Origin: a virus
IMG/VR virus record: IMGVR_UViG_3300025000_000092
Location: 2,481-66,480 of that record
Length of the DNA stretch: 64,000 nt
Direction: 5' to 3' (one strand)
Under the pieces are notes generated by a model. It did no database searches. It was not told the DNA's origin and saw nothing but the letters and a program-made list of their open reading frames with translations. Below, in pieces: positions 44,520 through 54,629 of the stretch (positions within the stretch are counted from its first letter, which is position 1; each line of letters starts with the position of its first letter). Made by a program: the position numbers and the translations under genes.

Positions 44520-46265
44520 ATGGGCACTACCAGGACCAAATCGCAGAGGACGCAGAACAACGATTCAAGCGGGGCGGGCCGCATGCACGTCACGGTCGTG
44601 CAGCGAGCCAGGAAGGCCCCTGCCGGCGCCATCTCGAAGGCGCTGCCAGAGAGCGGCTTCCAGTACGGGATCGGGCCGTACGCGATCCTGGAGCCCCGAG
44701 CGTCCCCTGACCTGCTGGCCGACCAGCCGAACAAGACGCAGGCGCTGAAGCCCTGCATCAAGGCCCACGCCACCGCGGTGCATGGCCTCGGCCACACCTG
44801 GGAGCCCAGGCGGACGCCGGACGGGGAGGCCGAGGAGCGGGAGGCGAAGGAGGAGCAGGACGACCTCGAGGAGTTCCTGGAGTACTCGTCCCGGGAGTGC
44901 TCCTGGACCGAGACCTGCACTCGCTTCGGCGAGGACCGTAAGACGGTCGGCTACGGGATCCTCGAGGTCCTCCGCGACGAGAGCACGGGCGACATCGCCG
45001 GTCTCGTGCATCACCCGGCCAGGCTCTTCCGGATGACGGAGATCGACCTGGATCCGGTGACCGAGACGTTCAAGAAGTGGGACCGGAAGAAGGGCGACTG
45101 GACCGAGGGCAAGGCGGAGCGGCGCTTCCGCCGGTTCGTGCAGATGGTCGACGGCGGCAAGCGGCGCTACTTCAAGGAGCTCGGCGACCCCCGCAACCTC
45201 GACATGGACACGGGCGAGTTTGAAAAGACGGAGGGCTCGCTGCCGGAAGCGCGTTGGGCGAACGAGCTGATCTTCTCGTGCAATTACGACTCGACGACCC
45301 CCTACGGCCTGCCCGACTGGGTGGGACTCTGGGATGACACGAAGTCCGACGAGCATGCCTCCGGGTCCACACGGGACTATTTCGAGGACGGTGCGATCCC
45401 GAAGCTGTGGATCGGCTTCTTGAACGCCGTCCCCTACGACGAGGATCGCAAGGCCCTGGAGGCGGCCCTCGAGGGGACCAAGGGCAGCTACGCGATGAAC
45501 CGCGTCATCGTCACTTCGGCGTCGACTCCCCCCGACGAGAGCAACCCCGTCGGCGGCGGCCCCGCGAAGACCGCGTCCTGCACCGTGACGAAGCTGAACG
45601 ACCTGCAGCAGGGCGACGCGCTCTTCGCGGCGTTCCGCAAGGACCACCACCGGCGCGTCCGCGTGTCGATGCGCATGCCCGGGCTGTTCGTCGGCGAGGA
45701 GGAGGCCGCGAACTTCGCGACCGCGAACGTGCTGATGCAGACCTACGTGTCGATGAACGTGGCCCCGGACCAGTCCGCCTTCGACTACATCATGAACACG
45801 AAGATCCTGCCGGCCCGGGGCGCCAAGTGGTGGCGGTACAAGTCCAAGGGACCGGCGCTCGAGGACAACCAGACCTGGCTGCAGGCGGTCGACCTCGGCA
45901 GCAGGCTCGGCGCCATCCCCGATTTTCCGACGTTGCGGAACATCCTTTCCGAGGTCCTCGGCTTCAAGCTGCGGTCGGGCGACGACAAGGGCGTGCTGGC
46001 GACCTGGGAAAAGATGCCCCCCGGCTTCGTGTCGTACCTGGTCCAGAGCTTCCGGGCCCTCCCGGTCTGGGGCGACATCAGCGAGGCGCTGGGCGGGTTC
46101 GGTGGCGGGGATGACGCGGCGCCGGTGGAGCGCTCTCGGGACGGCGGACGTCACAGCGCCTTCGAGCGGTTCTCGGAGCGTCTCGCCGACGCGGTGGCGT
46201 CCGGCCTCTTGAAGGGGCGCCAGAAGTTGGTGCAGGCCATGGGTGCCAGCAGGGAGGTGGTGTGA
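44520..46265 (+). CDS. portal protein
   Basis: follows TerL; GYGILEVLRD, YGLPDW, YFEDGAIP, NFATA. Confidence 0.88.
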   Translation: MGTTRTKSQRTQNNDSSGAGRMHVTVVQRARKAPAGAISKALPESGFQYGIGPYAILEPRASPDLLADQPNKTQALKPCIKAHATAVHGLGHTWEPRRTPDGEAEEREAKEEQDDLEEFLEYSSRECSWTETCTRFGEDRKTVGYGILEVLRDESTGDIAGLVHHPARLFRMTEIDLDPVTETFKKWDRKKGDWTEGKAERRFRRFVQMVDGGKRRYFKELGDPRNLDMDTGEFEKTEGSLPEARWANELIFSCNYDSTTPYGLPDWVGLWDDTKSDEHASGSTRDYFEDGAIPKLWIGFLNAVPYDEDRKALEAALEGTKGSYAMNRVIVTSASTPPDESNPVGGGPAKTASCTVTKLNDLQQGDALFAAFRKDHHRRVRVSMRMPGLFVGEEEAANFATANVLMQTYVSMNVAPDQSAFDYIMNTKILPARGAKWWRYKSKGPALEDNQTWLQAVDLGSRLGAIPDFPTLRNILSEVLGFKLRSGDDKGVLATWEKMPPGFVSYLVQSFRALPVWGDISEALGGFGGGDDAAPVERSRDGGRHSAFERFSERLADAVASGLLKGRQKLVQAMGASREVV

Positions 46266-46861
46266 TGCTGGACCAGTTGCTGCAGCCCGAGGTGGGCGGG
46301 AACCTGGTGGGCGCCGCCGCGGCCCTGGCGGTCGCCCTGGTCATCGTGGTGCTGAGGATCCGGGCGGCCCGGGCCAAGCGCCGCGTGCAGGCCCGACAGG
46401 AGGCTGAGCGCCTGCGGGAACTGGAGTCCCGCGAGGCGTACGTCCGGGACAACCCCATCGTGGATTGCCCGGAGTGCAGGGTGCGGGCGCGGCACCTGCC
46501 CCGGGACCCCGAGCACGCGCCCATGAACCTCCACCTGAGCCCGGCGTACGTGGCGCGTCTCAAGACGACCGACCCCACGGGACTGCGGGGCTTCTCTCCA
46601 TGCACGCCCCGCTGCCGGCGGGAGCATCGCGGCCGGGAGCATCGGCACTTCTGGTGCAGGTCCTGCCAGGCGGAGTTCTCCCTCGCGGAGGGGTTTGTCC
46701 AGGACGAGATCCTCGCCGAGTTGGCCCGGCACGCCGAGGCTGACAAGCTGCGGAACGGCACGTGGACCTTGCCCATCCGCGAGGGGTCGGAGCGGTCGAA
46801 CGTCAAGGACAACCGGCAGTCGCCGCCGCGGCCGAGCCGGGGGCCGGGAGGTGCCGCTTGA
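46262..46861 (+). CDS. membrane-anchored Cys-containing hypothetical protein
   Basis: N-terminal TM helix; CPEC, CRSC. Confidence 0.65.
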   Translation: MMLDQLLQPEVGGNLVGAAAALAVALVIVVLRIRAARAKRRVQARQEAERLRELESREAYVRDNPIVDCPECRVRARHLPRDPEHAPMNLHLSPAYVARLKTTDPTGLRGFSPCTPRCRREHRGREHRHFWCRSCQAEFSLAEGFVQDEILAELARHAEADKLRNGTWTLPIREGSERSNVKDNRQSPPRPSRGPGGAA

Positions 46862-47415
46862 GCGACAACCCGAACGTCCGGCGCGTCGGTCTCGACGTGC
46901 TGTTCTACGACGAGATCACCCCGCACACCGCGGTCGAGTTCGCGGTACACCTGGACGCTGCCGCCGACGAGTCCATCGCCAGAGCACTCCGGGAGAACCG
47001 AGAGCGGCCCCCGGTGAACGTCCGGATCAACTCGCATGGTGGCGGCTGCTACTCCAGCCTGGCCATGATCGACGCCATTCGCGGCTACCAGGCTCGGGGC
47101 CTGCAGATCAACGGGTGCGTCGAGGGGTACGCGGCCAGCGCGGCCACGGCGGTCCTGCAGGCCTGCGACACGAGGCGCATGGGTCGCACGGCCGTCATGC
47201 TGATCCACCAAGTCCGGGTGTGGGGCCTTGGGGGCAAGACCACGGACATCGCCGACGAGGCCAAGACGATGCAGGCGCTGGAGCGCATCTACAAGGGCCT
47301 GTACCTGCGGCGCTGGAAGGCTGGTCCGAAGAAGCTGGACGCGATCCTGGGGCGGGAGCACCTGCTCCTGGCCGACGAGTGCTTGAAGCTCGGCCTCGTG
47401 GACGAGGTGGTGTAG
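46858..47415 (+). CDS. ClpP-like (S14) protease
   Basis: INSHGG, GYAASAA (Ser), MLIHQ (His), ADECLKLGLVD; TTG start. Confidence 0.85.
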   Translation: MSDNPNVRRVGLDVLFYDEITPHTAVEFAVHLDAAADESIARALRENRERPPVNVRINSHGGGCYSSLAMIDAIRGYQARGLQINGCVEGYAASAATAVLQACDTRRMGRTAVMLIHQVRVWGLGGKTTDIADEAKTMQALERIYKGLYLRRWKAGPKKLDAILGREHLLLADECLKLGLVDEVV

Positions 47416-47586
47416 ATGCCGGACTGGCTGTTGGTGCTCGGAATCCTGGCGTTCATGGTCTACGTCGTAGGCGGATCGGGCGGCGGACGTGGCGGACACA
47501 ACGGCCCGCCACCGAAGAACCAGCCGCGGCCTACCAGCTTCCCGCCTCCGCCCCCGCCGAAGACCGGAGGTGCCTCATGCGGATGA
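47416..47586 (+). CDS. small membrane protein with Gly/Pro tail
   Basis: MPDWLLVLGILAFMVYVV...PPPPPP; not in ORF track (<60 aa). Confidence 0.55.
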   Translation: MPDWLLVLGILAFMVYVVGGSGGGRGGHNGPPPKNQPRPTSFPPPPPPKTGGASCG

Positions 47587-47798
47587 CCTGCGGCGCGTGC
47601 GGCAGCGCGAACGTTCGGGCCAGAACGCGGGGGCGGAACCCCACCGGGGAGACCAAGGACGCGTACGTCGAGGTACTGGTCACGTGCCTGGACTGCACGA
47701 CGGAGCGGGACGCCAGCGCCGAGATCGCACAAGCTGAGGCGTCCGGCGACGAGGTGGTGATCGGCGCGCAGCGGTTGCGGCGCACCGTGGTGAGGTAG
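47577..47798 (+). CDS. small zinc-finger protein
   Basis: CGACGS...CLDC; GGAGG RBS. Confidence 0.6.
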   Translation: MRMTCGACGSANVRARTRGRNPTGETKDAYVEVLVTCLDCTTERDASAEIAQAEASGDEVVIGAQRLRRTVVR

Positions 47799-47825
47799 CC
47801 GGCCCCAGCCGGCGAGGAGGTCGAC

Positions 47826-48788
47826 GTGGTGGACATGTTCAAGGTCATCAAGGCGCGGGACAAGTTCGTCAAGGCGTACTGCGCGGGCAAGGGATGGGAC
47901 CTGCTGGCGCTCACGACCGAGCAGCTCCTGGAGATCCGCGCGCAGCCCGAGTGGATCAGCGCGGGCAAGTCCCCGGAGCAGCCCGAGCCGCCCCAAGAAG
48001 ATCCGCCCTGGCTTTGGTTCGACGGCCAGCCCCGGACGCGCGGGCGGTTCCAGTACACGAACATCGGCGCCGACGCCGACTGCCGGATGTTCCACGTCGG
48101 GAAGTGCTTCCGCATCACCCAGGGCTACCCCGAAGGCGCCCGCGTCGTGGCGTCGCGGTACGAAAGCGGTGGGCACGCCCTCGGGATCCTCGTCGAGCAC
48201 GAGAGCTTCGACGAGTGCGACGTCGCCCAGGTGCCGAAGATGCCAGTGCCCACGTGCATCGTCTGGGACCCGAGCGAGGCCGAAAAGTCGATGGCGGCGA
48301 AGGAGGCTGAGGCTTGGTGGCGCCGCCTGCAGGGCGTCGAGGTCGTGGACGGCTTCGGCGTCGAGCCGAAGACCAGCACGCTCGCCGATCGCCTGGCCGA
48401 GTCCTTCCCGGGCTTCGCGGGCCTGACCGACGACCAGAAGACCGTGACGCTCGGGGGCGCCATTGCGGCCCGGTCGGGGCGCCCGGTCGAGGCCGCCGCC
48501 GAGGCGTGCCTGGACGAGAACCTTCTGCCCTTCTGGGTCCAGGGGTGGAACTTCGGCCACGGCGAGATCAAGTTCGAGGAGATGACCTCGCTGCTGACCA
48601 CTAAGTTCCCGGGCTGGTGCGACCTGAAGGACGTCCCGGGCACGGCGGTCATGGCCGGATACGTCTGCGCGCGGGACGGGCAGTCCCGCGACGTGGGACC
48701 GGGTCACGGGTGGCGCGGCGACCAGGAGGAGTACTTCGTTCGCGGGTGGGACTTCTGGCGCAACACTCACGCCCCGGAGGCCACCTGA
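47826..48788 (+). CDS. hypothetical protein
   Basis: 320 aa, GAGGAGG RBS, strong GC3. Confidence 0.75.
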   Translation: MVDMFKVIKARDKFVKAYCAGKGWDLLALTTEQLLEIRAQPEWISAGKSPEQPEPPQEDPPWLWFDGQPRTRGRFQYTNIGADADCRMFHVGKCFRITQGYPEGARVVASRYESGGHALGILVEHESFDECDVAQVPKMPVPTCIVWDPSEAEKSMAAKEAEAWWRRLQGVEVVDGFGVEPKTSTLADRLAESFPGFAGLTDDQKTVTLGGAIAARSGRPVEAAAEACLDENLLPFWVQGWNFGHGEIKFEEMTSLLTTKFPGWCDLKDVPGTAVMAGYVCARDGQSRDVGPGHGWRGDQEEYFVRGWDFWRNTHAPEAT

Positions 48789-49081
48789 TGTTGACCTTCG
48801 CCCTCGACTTTCTCGCGGGCGTGCGGGCCTGGTTCGCCCGCTGCTTTCCTGCCCGGACCGCAGACCCGAACGTCGCAGTCGAGCGCCTCGGGGACGGGTC
48901 GGTGGTCCTGGGCCTGGACCTTCCCCGCGGCGTTCGCGTCGGGGTCGAGGACCTGCCGCCGGCGAACGCCAGCGGAAAGCGGGTGCGGTTCTACGTCCGC
49001 GATCACCACGACGTGCCCGAGGTTCGTGCCCGGCTGCGGGAGGCTGCGGCCCGCCTGGCCGGCGCCCAGGAGGCCCCATGA
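48788..49081 (+). CDS. hypothetical protein
   Basis: TGATG coupling, GGAGG RBS. Confidence 0.6.
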   Translation: MLTFALDFLAGVRAWFARCFPARTADPNVAVERLGDGSVVLGLDLPRGVRVGVEDLPPANASGKRVRFYVRDHHDVPEVRARLREAAARLAGAQEAP

Positions 49082-50109
49082 CCCTGCAGACCTACACCCC
49101 CGCGGAGGCCTGCGAGGCCCTGCGGACGTTCGATCACCTGCTCGGCCTCGACATCGTCTCGGCGTACGACGAGCGCGTGCGTCGCTGCTACGAATCCCGG
49201 GGCTACGACCTGAGCCACGCCTGGGTGCTGGAGGAGCGGAAGAAGAAGCCGAAGAAGCCCAAGCCCGGATTGACCCCCGAGGCAGAGCGGGCCCGGCTGG
49301 CCGAACTGGAGGCCGCCCTTCAGCAGTCCCTGGTCGACGCCTGGATGGCGGGCGGCATGCAGGCGGTGGACGACGTCCTGGGCGCATTCGCTGCCGGCGA
49401 GGGTGCCGTGACAGCCGCCGAGGTCGACGCCGTGCTGGCCACCTTCTCGTCGCGCATGGGCCCCGGCCTCGTCTCGTCCGTCTCGTCGTCGGTCCAGGAG
49501 GTCGCCGCCGCGACCTACGACGTGGGGCGCCTCACGCTGGTCGAGTCCCCGAAGTTCAACCTGATCGACGTGCGAGCGCGGGACTGGCTGGCCCAGGACC
49601 AGCTCTACTGGATCGGGGAGCACTACAACGCCGACATCGGGTCGGCTGTGTCCCGGGTGGTGCAGTCGGAGGTCATCGAAGCCGGCCTGTCGCGCGTCGA
49701 TGCTGCGCAGACGCTGCGCGGGATCTTCGAGCCGCAGTTCGGCCCGAAGTCGGACGCCTACTGGGAGACTGTCACGTCGTCCGCCGTCGGTCGCTCCCGC
49801 AACTTTGGTGCCGTGGGGTCGATGGAGGAGGCGGGGTTCGAGAAGCTCATCCCGGTCAACCCGCGGGACGAGGCCACCTCGCCGATCTGCGAGTACCTGA
49901 CGACCGGCTCCATCGTCTTCGAGGTGTCCTGGGCAGTGGCCCAGCGCGACACGATGCTCGCCTCGAAAACCCCGGCGGCCGCTCGGGTGGCGTCGCCCTG
50001 GCTGAAACCGGACCAAATCATCGGCCTGAGCGCGAAGCAGCTGCAGGCCAAGGGCGTCGTCATGGCCCCCTACCACGCGCACTGCCGCACCATCATGGTC
50101 GTCGCCTGA
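49078..50109 (+). CDS. phage head morphogenesis (Mu F/gp7-like) protein
   Basis: DEATSPIC...APYHAHCRT C-terminal motif. Confidence 0.8.
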   Translation: MTLQTYTPAEACEALRTFDHLLGLDIVSAYDERVRRCYESRGYDLSHAWVLEERKKKPKKPKPGLTPEAERARLAELEAALQQSLVDAWMAGGMQAVDDVLGAFAAGEGAVTAAEVDAVLATFSSRMGPGLVSSVSSSVQEVAAATYDVGRLTLVESPKFNLIDVRARDWLAQDQLYWIGEHYNADIGSAVSRVVQSEVIEAGLSRVDAAQTLRGIFEPQFGPKSDAYWETVTSSAVGRSRNFGAVGSMEEAGFEKLIPVNPRDEATSPICEYLTTGSIVFEVSWAVAQRDTMLASKTPAAARVASPWLKPDQIIGLSAKQLQAKGVVMAPYHAHCRTIMVVA

Positions 50110-50262
50110 GGCTCGCGAAACAGTACAGGATCGCGTCAAGATGACCCCAGGATAGATCGATTTCGACCGGCGTTCGTATAGGTTGGAACGGTCCGGAATC
50201 GTTGACGTTCGCCGCCGCATGTCGTTCGATTGCCCCAGGCCGCCGCGCCTGGGAGTCACCGC

Positions 50263-51885
50263 ATGATCGGCCTCCATCGCGAATTCACCCGCTCCGCGAC
50301 CCTCGTCCGTCGGGACGAGGCGCTGCGCCAGGTGTTCGGGATGGTCGGCGTCCCCCTCACCCGCTACTCGGTCGGCCAGGTCGTTCCACGGTCCGAGATC
50401 GAGCGGGCCCGGGCCGAGGGCCGCATCCACTACGACAACCGCTGCTTCACGGCGGAGGAACTCCAGATCCTGGGTCACCGCTTCCTGGCCCACGGTCGCG
50501 GCATCGACGAGGAGCACGACTATCAGGTCGACGGCAGCCTGCAGCCGATCGAGTCGTACTTCCCGCCCGTCGACGAGCACGGCTACTTCGCGGGCTCCTG
50601 GGTTCTCGGCACCCACATCGGCGACGACGACGCCTGGACGGGCGTTCTGACGAGCGAGTTCAACGGCTACTCGGTCTCCCTCCTGGCTGTCGAGGAGGAG
50701 GCCGAGATCGTCGTCGAGGACGATCAGCCCGGCGCCGACGGCCAGAAGGCCCGCGAGCGCATCGTGCTGATCTACTTCACGGACTGCGTCCCGATCACGG
50801 TCAGCCTGGTCGGCAAGCCCGCCACCCGGCTGCCGTTCGTCGTCGTTCGATGCGTCCAAGAGCCGCACGACAAGTGCAAGCACGCCTGTGGCGGCGCCTG
50901 TCTTTCCAAGCACGGGGGCTGCGGCGCGCACGCGGGCACCGAAGACTCGGCCGCCGGCACCAGCGCGCCGGCCGCACCCCACATCGTCGAGAGAAGCGAG
51001 GAGCGCAAGATGGCGAACACCAAGAGCGCCTGGGCCCTGATCCTGCGCGCGCTGAGCCCCCTCGCCAAGGAGGAGGGTGTCGAGCTGCCGCAGCTGGCCG
51101 AGCGGTCGGCGCCCGACTTCGCGACCGCGTGGGCCGCCCAGCAGTCGCAGCAGGACCTCTCGGAGGCGTGGTGGGCCTTCCGCGACGTGCTTTCGGCCAT
51201 CATGACCGACGCCGAGATCATCGACAAGCCGGCCGCGATCCAGGTCTCCGCTGACCAGTTCATCAGCCTGCTGAAGTCGACGCTCGGCAAGGTCGTCGTC
51301 ACCCGCGCGGAAGGCGGCGAGGTTTCGCCGGCCGACGATCTGCCCCCCGTGGAGCAGTCGGTCGGGTCGCTCGCGTCGTACATCGGCCGGCGCCTGCACG
51401 AGCGGGTCGGCAAGAAGATCAGCACCGAGCGCATGAAGAAGCTGCAGGACTGCCTGCAGGACATCCAGGCGGGCGCCTCCAAGCTGGAGGGGCTGCTCAC
51501 GGAAGTGGCAGAGGAGGCCCAGGGCGTCGAGCGCAGCTCGGAGACCCGCGGCGAGGAGGAATCCATGGACCCGAAGTTCCAGCAGGTGATCGACGGACTG
51601 AAGGCGGACAACGCGAAGCTGATCGAGCGGCTGGAGAAGCTGGAGAAGCCGGCCGAGGGCGAGGTCGTCGAGCCCGTCGCCGAGGTCCCCGCCGAGGTCA
51701 AGGCCGAGATGGACGGCCTCAAGGCCGAGAACCAGAAGCTGGTCGAGCGCATGGAGGCCCTGGAGAAGCGGCGGCCCGCTCCGAAGGGCGCGGACACCCA
51801 CCAGGTCGAGACGCGCAACGACAAGCCGAACGTCATGAAGAACTTCTTCCGGTCCCAGCTCGGGTACCCCGAGACGGACGCGTAG
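50263..51885 (+). CDS. XkdF-like prohead serine protease fused to scaffold
   Basis: IDEEHD, PIESY, GSWVLG, EFNGYSV, VSLVGKPA; C-terminal coiled-coil repeats. Confidence 0.85.
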   Translation: MIGLHREFTRSATLVRRDEALRQVFGMVGVPLTRYSVGQVVPRSEIERARAEGRIHYDNRCFTAEELQILGHRFLAHGRGIDEEHDYQVDGSLQPIESYFPPVDEHGYFAGSWVLGTHIGDDDAWTGVLTSEFNGYSVSLLAVEEEAEIVVEDDQPGADGQKARERIVLIYFTDCVPITVSLVGKPATRLPFVVVRCVQEPHDKCKHACGGACLSKHGGCGAHAGTEDSAAGTSAPAAPHIVERSEERKMANTKSAWALILRALSPLAKEEGVELPQLAERSAPDFATAWAAQQSQQDLSEAWWAFRDVLSAIMTDAEIIDKPAAIQVSADQFISLLKSTLGKVVVTRAEGGEVSPADDLPPVEQSVGSLASYIGRRLHERVGKKISTERMKKLQDCLQDIQAGASKLEGLLTEVAEEAQGVERSSETRGEEESMDPKFQQVIDGLKADNAKLIERLEKLEKPAEGEVVEPVAEVPAEVKAEMDGLKAENQKLVERMEALEKRRPAPKGADTHQVETRNDKPNVMKNFFRSQLGYPETDA

Positions 51886-51946
51886 CGAGGGCGTTGCGTC
51901 GGCCTCTGGGGCCGACGGCACAAGGCATCAACGAGGAGACGCAACC

Positions 51947-52906
51947 ATGAACCCGAACATCGGACGCGGCCGGCTGCTGACGGAACGCAGCGGCGAGATC
52001 ACCTCCGGCTCCACCATCGGCTCGGTCGGCCGCCTGCTCCCCGAGCAGGAGGACCGGTTTATCCGGCAGGGTGTCGACCAGAGCGCGCCGCTGCGCGCCG
52101 TGACGCCCTACATGATGAACTCCGACAAGCGGTACCTCGAGACGTTCGCCCTCGGGAGCCGCCTGCTGCGGGCGCCCGGCGAAGTGACCGCGGCCGGGAA
52201 CACTTCGCTCACCCCCTCGAAGCGTGAGCTGTCGGTCGGGGAGGTCGTCCTGACCTACTCGCCCAGCTACATGTTCTTCGAGGACAACATCGAGCGCGAG
52301 GGCGGCGAGCAGACCCTGGCCGACGAGTTCGCCATCGCTTTCTTCAACGACGTGACGGACCTGGGCTTCAACGGCGACGAGGCCGCGGTCGATGGCGACG
52401 CCGGCATCCAGGCCTTCCTGCGCCTGAACAACGGCTGGCCGAAGCTGATGAAGGCCGAGTCCACGGTCCACAAGTTTGACCTGACCGCGGCCGTCTACGC
52501 CGCCGCCGACTTCGACGACGTGATCTTCCCCGGCGTCTACGAGACGCTGCCGGCGAAGTTCCGGGCGATCAAGCAGCAGTTCGAGCTGTGGGTCAGCGTC
52601 GACGACGCCGAGAAGTGGCTCAAGCAGCTGCGCGCCCGCGGCACTCCCCTGGGCGACAAGGTCACCGTCGACGGCGAGCTGCCCCGGTGGAACGGCGTCA
52701 AGGTCGTTCCGCAGGCCTTCATGCCGAACGGCCAGGTCACGATCCAGCGCCCGAAGAACCTGGCGTTCGGCGTCCGTCGCGGCATGACGATGGAGACCCA
52801 GCGGCAGCCGAAGCAGCGCCTGGTCGAGGTCACGATCTCCGCCCGCGTGGACTTCGAGTTCGCGCTCGCCGACGAGATCGGCATCGGCTACGACATCACG
52901 CCGTAG
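51947..52906 (+). CDS. major capsid protein
   Basis: GRLLPEQEDRFI, EDNIERE, LGFNGD, PKNLAFG; follows protease/scaffold. Confidence 0.9.
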   Translation: MNPNIGRGRLLTERSGEITSGSTIGSVGRLLPEQEDRFIRQGVDQSAPLRAVTPYMMNSDKRYLETFALGSRLLRAPGEVTAAGNTSLTPSKRELSVGEVVLTYSPSYMFFEDNIEREGGEQTLADEFAIAFFNDVTDLGFNGDEAAVDGDAGIQAFLRLNNGWPKLMKAESTVHKFDLTAAVYAAADFDDVIFPGVYETLPAKFRAIKQQFELWVSVDDAEKWLKQLRARGTPLGDKVTVDGELPRWNGVKVVPQAFMPNGQVTIQRPKNLAFGVRRGMTMETQRQPKQRLVEVTISARVDFEFALADEIGIGYDITP

Positions 52907-52926
52907 CGGCGCGGCGCCCGGGCATC

Positions 52927-52963
52927 GCCGGCGGTCGCAGGCCACGCGCTTGCGACCGCCGGC
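52927..52963 (+). terminator. strong hairpin after capsid gene (attenuator/terminator)
   Basis: GCCGGCGGTCGCAGGC-CACGC-GCTTGCGACCGCCGGC followed by pyrimidines. Confidence 0.6.
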
Positions 52964-52996
52964 TTCCTGCTCTCTCGCATCACGAGGAGACCGATC

Positions 52997-54595
52997 GTGA
53001 AGACCACCAGCGAAATCGAGGCCAGCGGCGAGGCCGCCGACCCCACCACCGAGATCAAGAAGGCCACCAAGAAGCCGCAGGTGCTGGAGTACCTGCACAA
53101 CGGTCGCTTCAACGCCGCCTACCTGAAGCAGGCGATCACGAAGGGCGACCAGGTCTCCGAGGCGGACGTGCCCCCCGACGCGTTCAAGCGCCTGAAGGGC
53201 TCCGGCTTCTTCAAGGTGGTGGCCACCCTCGTGCTGGCGATGGCGATGCTTGCTTCGTCGCCGGCGACCGCCCAGACCTCGGGCACGAACTTCACGTACC
53301 CCTCGAAGATCGGCTGGGCCGGGAGCAAGGTCGACCAGCTCCCGACCATCTTCGCAGCCCAGGACACCCTGTTCACCGGGGTCCGGGCGGGGGTGCACAG
53401 CCCCGTCGCCGACGTGACCGCCCTGAAGGCCATCGCGGCGACCGGCGCCACGGCGCGCACGGACAAGCAGCTCTGCTACGTCGAGAGCCTGCACGCGGTT
53501 GCGGCCTTCGACGCGCAGTCCAGCACGGCCGGGAACGACACGACCGTGTTCGCCCCGGCGTCCGGGACCGGCCGCTGGTTCCTGCTGGATGGGACGGCCT
53601 CCGGAGCCAACGTGTCCATCGCGGACGCGGGCGAATACTTCACCGGGACGACCGCGGAGACGGTGCTCCAGGAGGTCGGTCTGGGGTACGCCCGCCGGGC
53701 CGGCACCCCGACCGCGGGCCACGTCTGCACCCTGGACGCCGACGGCGACCCCACGGACTCTGGGACCGCCTCGACCGACATGGCCCTGTACAGCGTCCTC
53801 ATCGCAGTCGCGAACGGAATGGGGGCGAGCCTGGTCGGCGTCGAGGACGTGGCGACCAAGATCGCGGCGACCACTGTCGAGGGCGCCCTGGCCGAGATCG
53901 CCGCGGACGGGTGGGTCACCGCCTCGCGCCTGGCTTCCGACGCCGTCACCGGGGTCAAGATCCTGAACGGTGAGATCAGCGCCGCGAAGCTGGCAGGGTC
54001 GTCCGTGTCCAACATCAAGCTGGCGTCGGACGCCGTCACCACGGACAAGATCCTGGACGCGACGATCCTGTTCGGCGACCTAGCCCTGAACAGCTGCATC
54101 GCCGGCCAGGTCCCCGTGGTCAACGCCGGGGCGACCGCCTGGGAATGTGGAGCGGGCGGCGGGACGGCCCTGGCGGGTGCCGAACGGGTGCACACGGGCG
54201 CGCAGACCCTCGCGGACAACACCGAGACGCCGGTGATCTATGCGACCTCGGTCACCACCTCGGCGGCCATCGCCTACGACGCGGTCACGTACGACTACAC
54301 GGTGACGGACGCAGGGACCTACACGATTGCGGCCGGGGTGACGTTCGCGCCCAACGCGACCGGCAGCACCCGTCAGGTCGACATCCAGTACGAGGTCGCC
54401 GCGGACACGTGGATCACCCTGGCGCGCGGTACGGGGGCTGCCTCGGGCGAGTTCCCGGCCACCGTCACGGTCGCCACGTCGGTCCGTCTGCCCGCCACGG
54501 GGGCGGTCCGGGTAACCGCGAAGCACGACGGCGGCGCTCCGGTGGACATCACGACCGCGTGGCCGGACGGGATCACGATCCAGCGCATCAAGTAG
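52997..54595 (+). CDS. putative head decoration/fibre protein with internal signal-peptide-like segment
   Basis: Thr/Ala/Gly-rich, KLASDAVT fibre-like repeats, beta-rich C-terminus. Confidence 0.7.
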   Translation: MKTTSEIEASGEAADPTTEIKKATKKPQVLEYLHNGRFNAAYLKQAITKGDQVSEADVPPDAFKRLKGSGFFKVVATLVLAMAMLASSPATAQTSGTNFTYPSKIGWAGSKVDQLPTIFAAQDTLFTGVRAGVHSPVADVTALKAIAATGATARTDKQLCYVESLHAVAAFDAQSSTAGNDTTVFAPASGTGRWFLLDGTASGANVSIADAGEYFTGTTAETVLQEVGLGYARRAGTPTAGHVCTLDADGDPTDSGTASTDMALYSVLIAVANGMGASLVGVEDVATKIAATTVEGALAEIAADGWVTASRLASDAVTGVKILNGEISAAKLAGSSVSNIKLASDAVTTDKILDATILFGDLALNSCIAGQVPVVNAGATAWECGAGGGTALAGAERVHTGAQTLADNTETPVIYATSVTTSAAIAYDAVTYDYTVTDAGTYTIAAGVTFAPNATGSTRQVDIQYEVAADTWITLARGTGAASGEFPATVTVATSVRLPATGAVRVTAKHDGGAPVDITTAWPDGITIQRIK

Positions 54596-54629
54596 TGCGA
54601 CGCCCCTCCGGGGGACGCGGGGCGAGACC

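Noticed and set aside
50110-50262. Late promoter upstream of the protease gene (TTGACG-17-TTCGAT)
   Set aside because: AT-richer gap is suggestive, but the -10 is weak and no repeated late-promoter motif was found to support it
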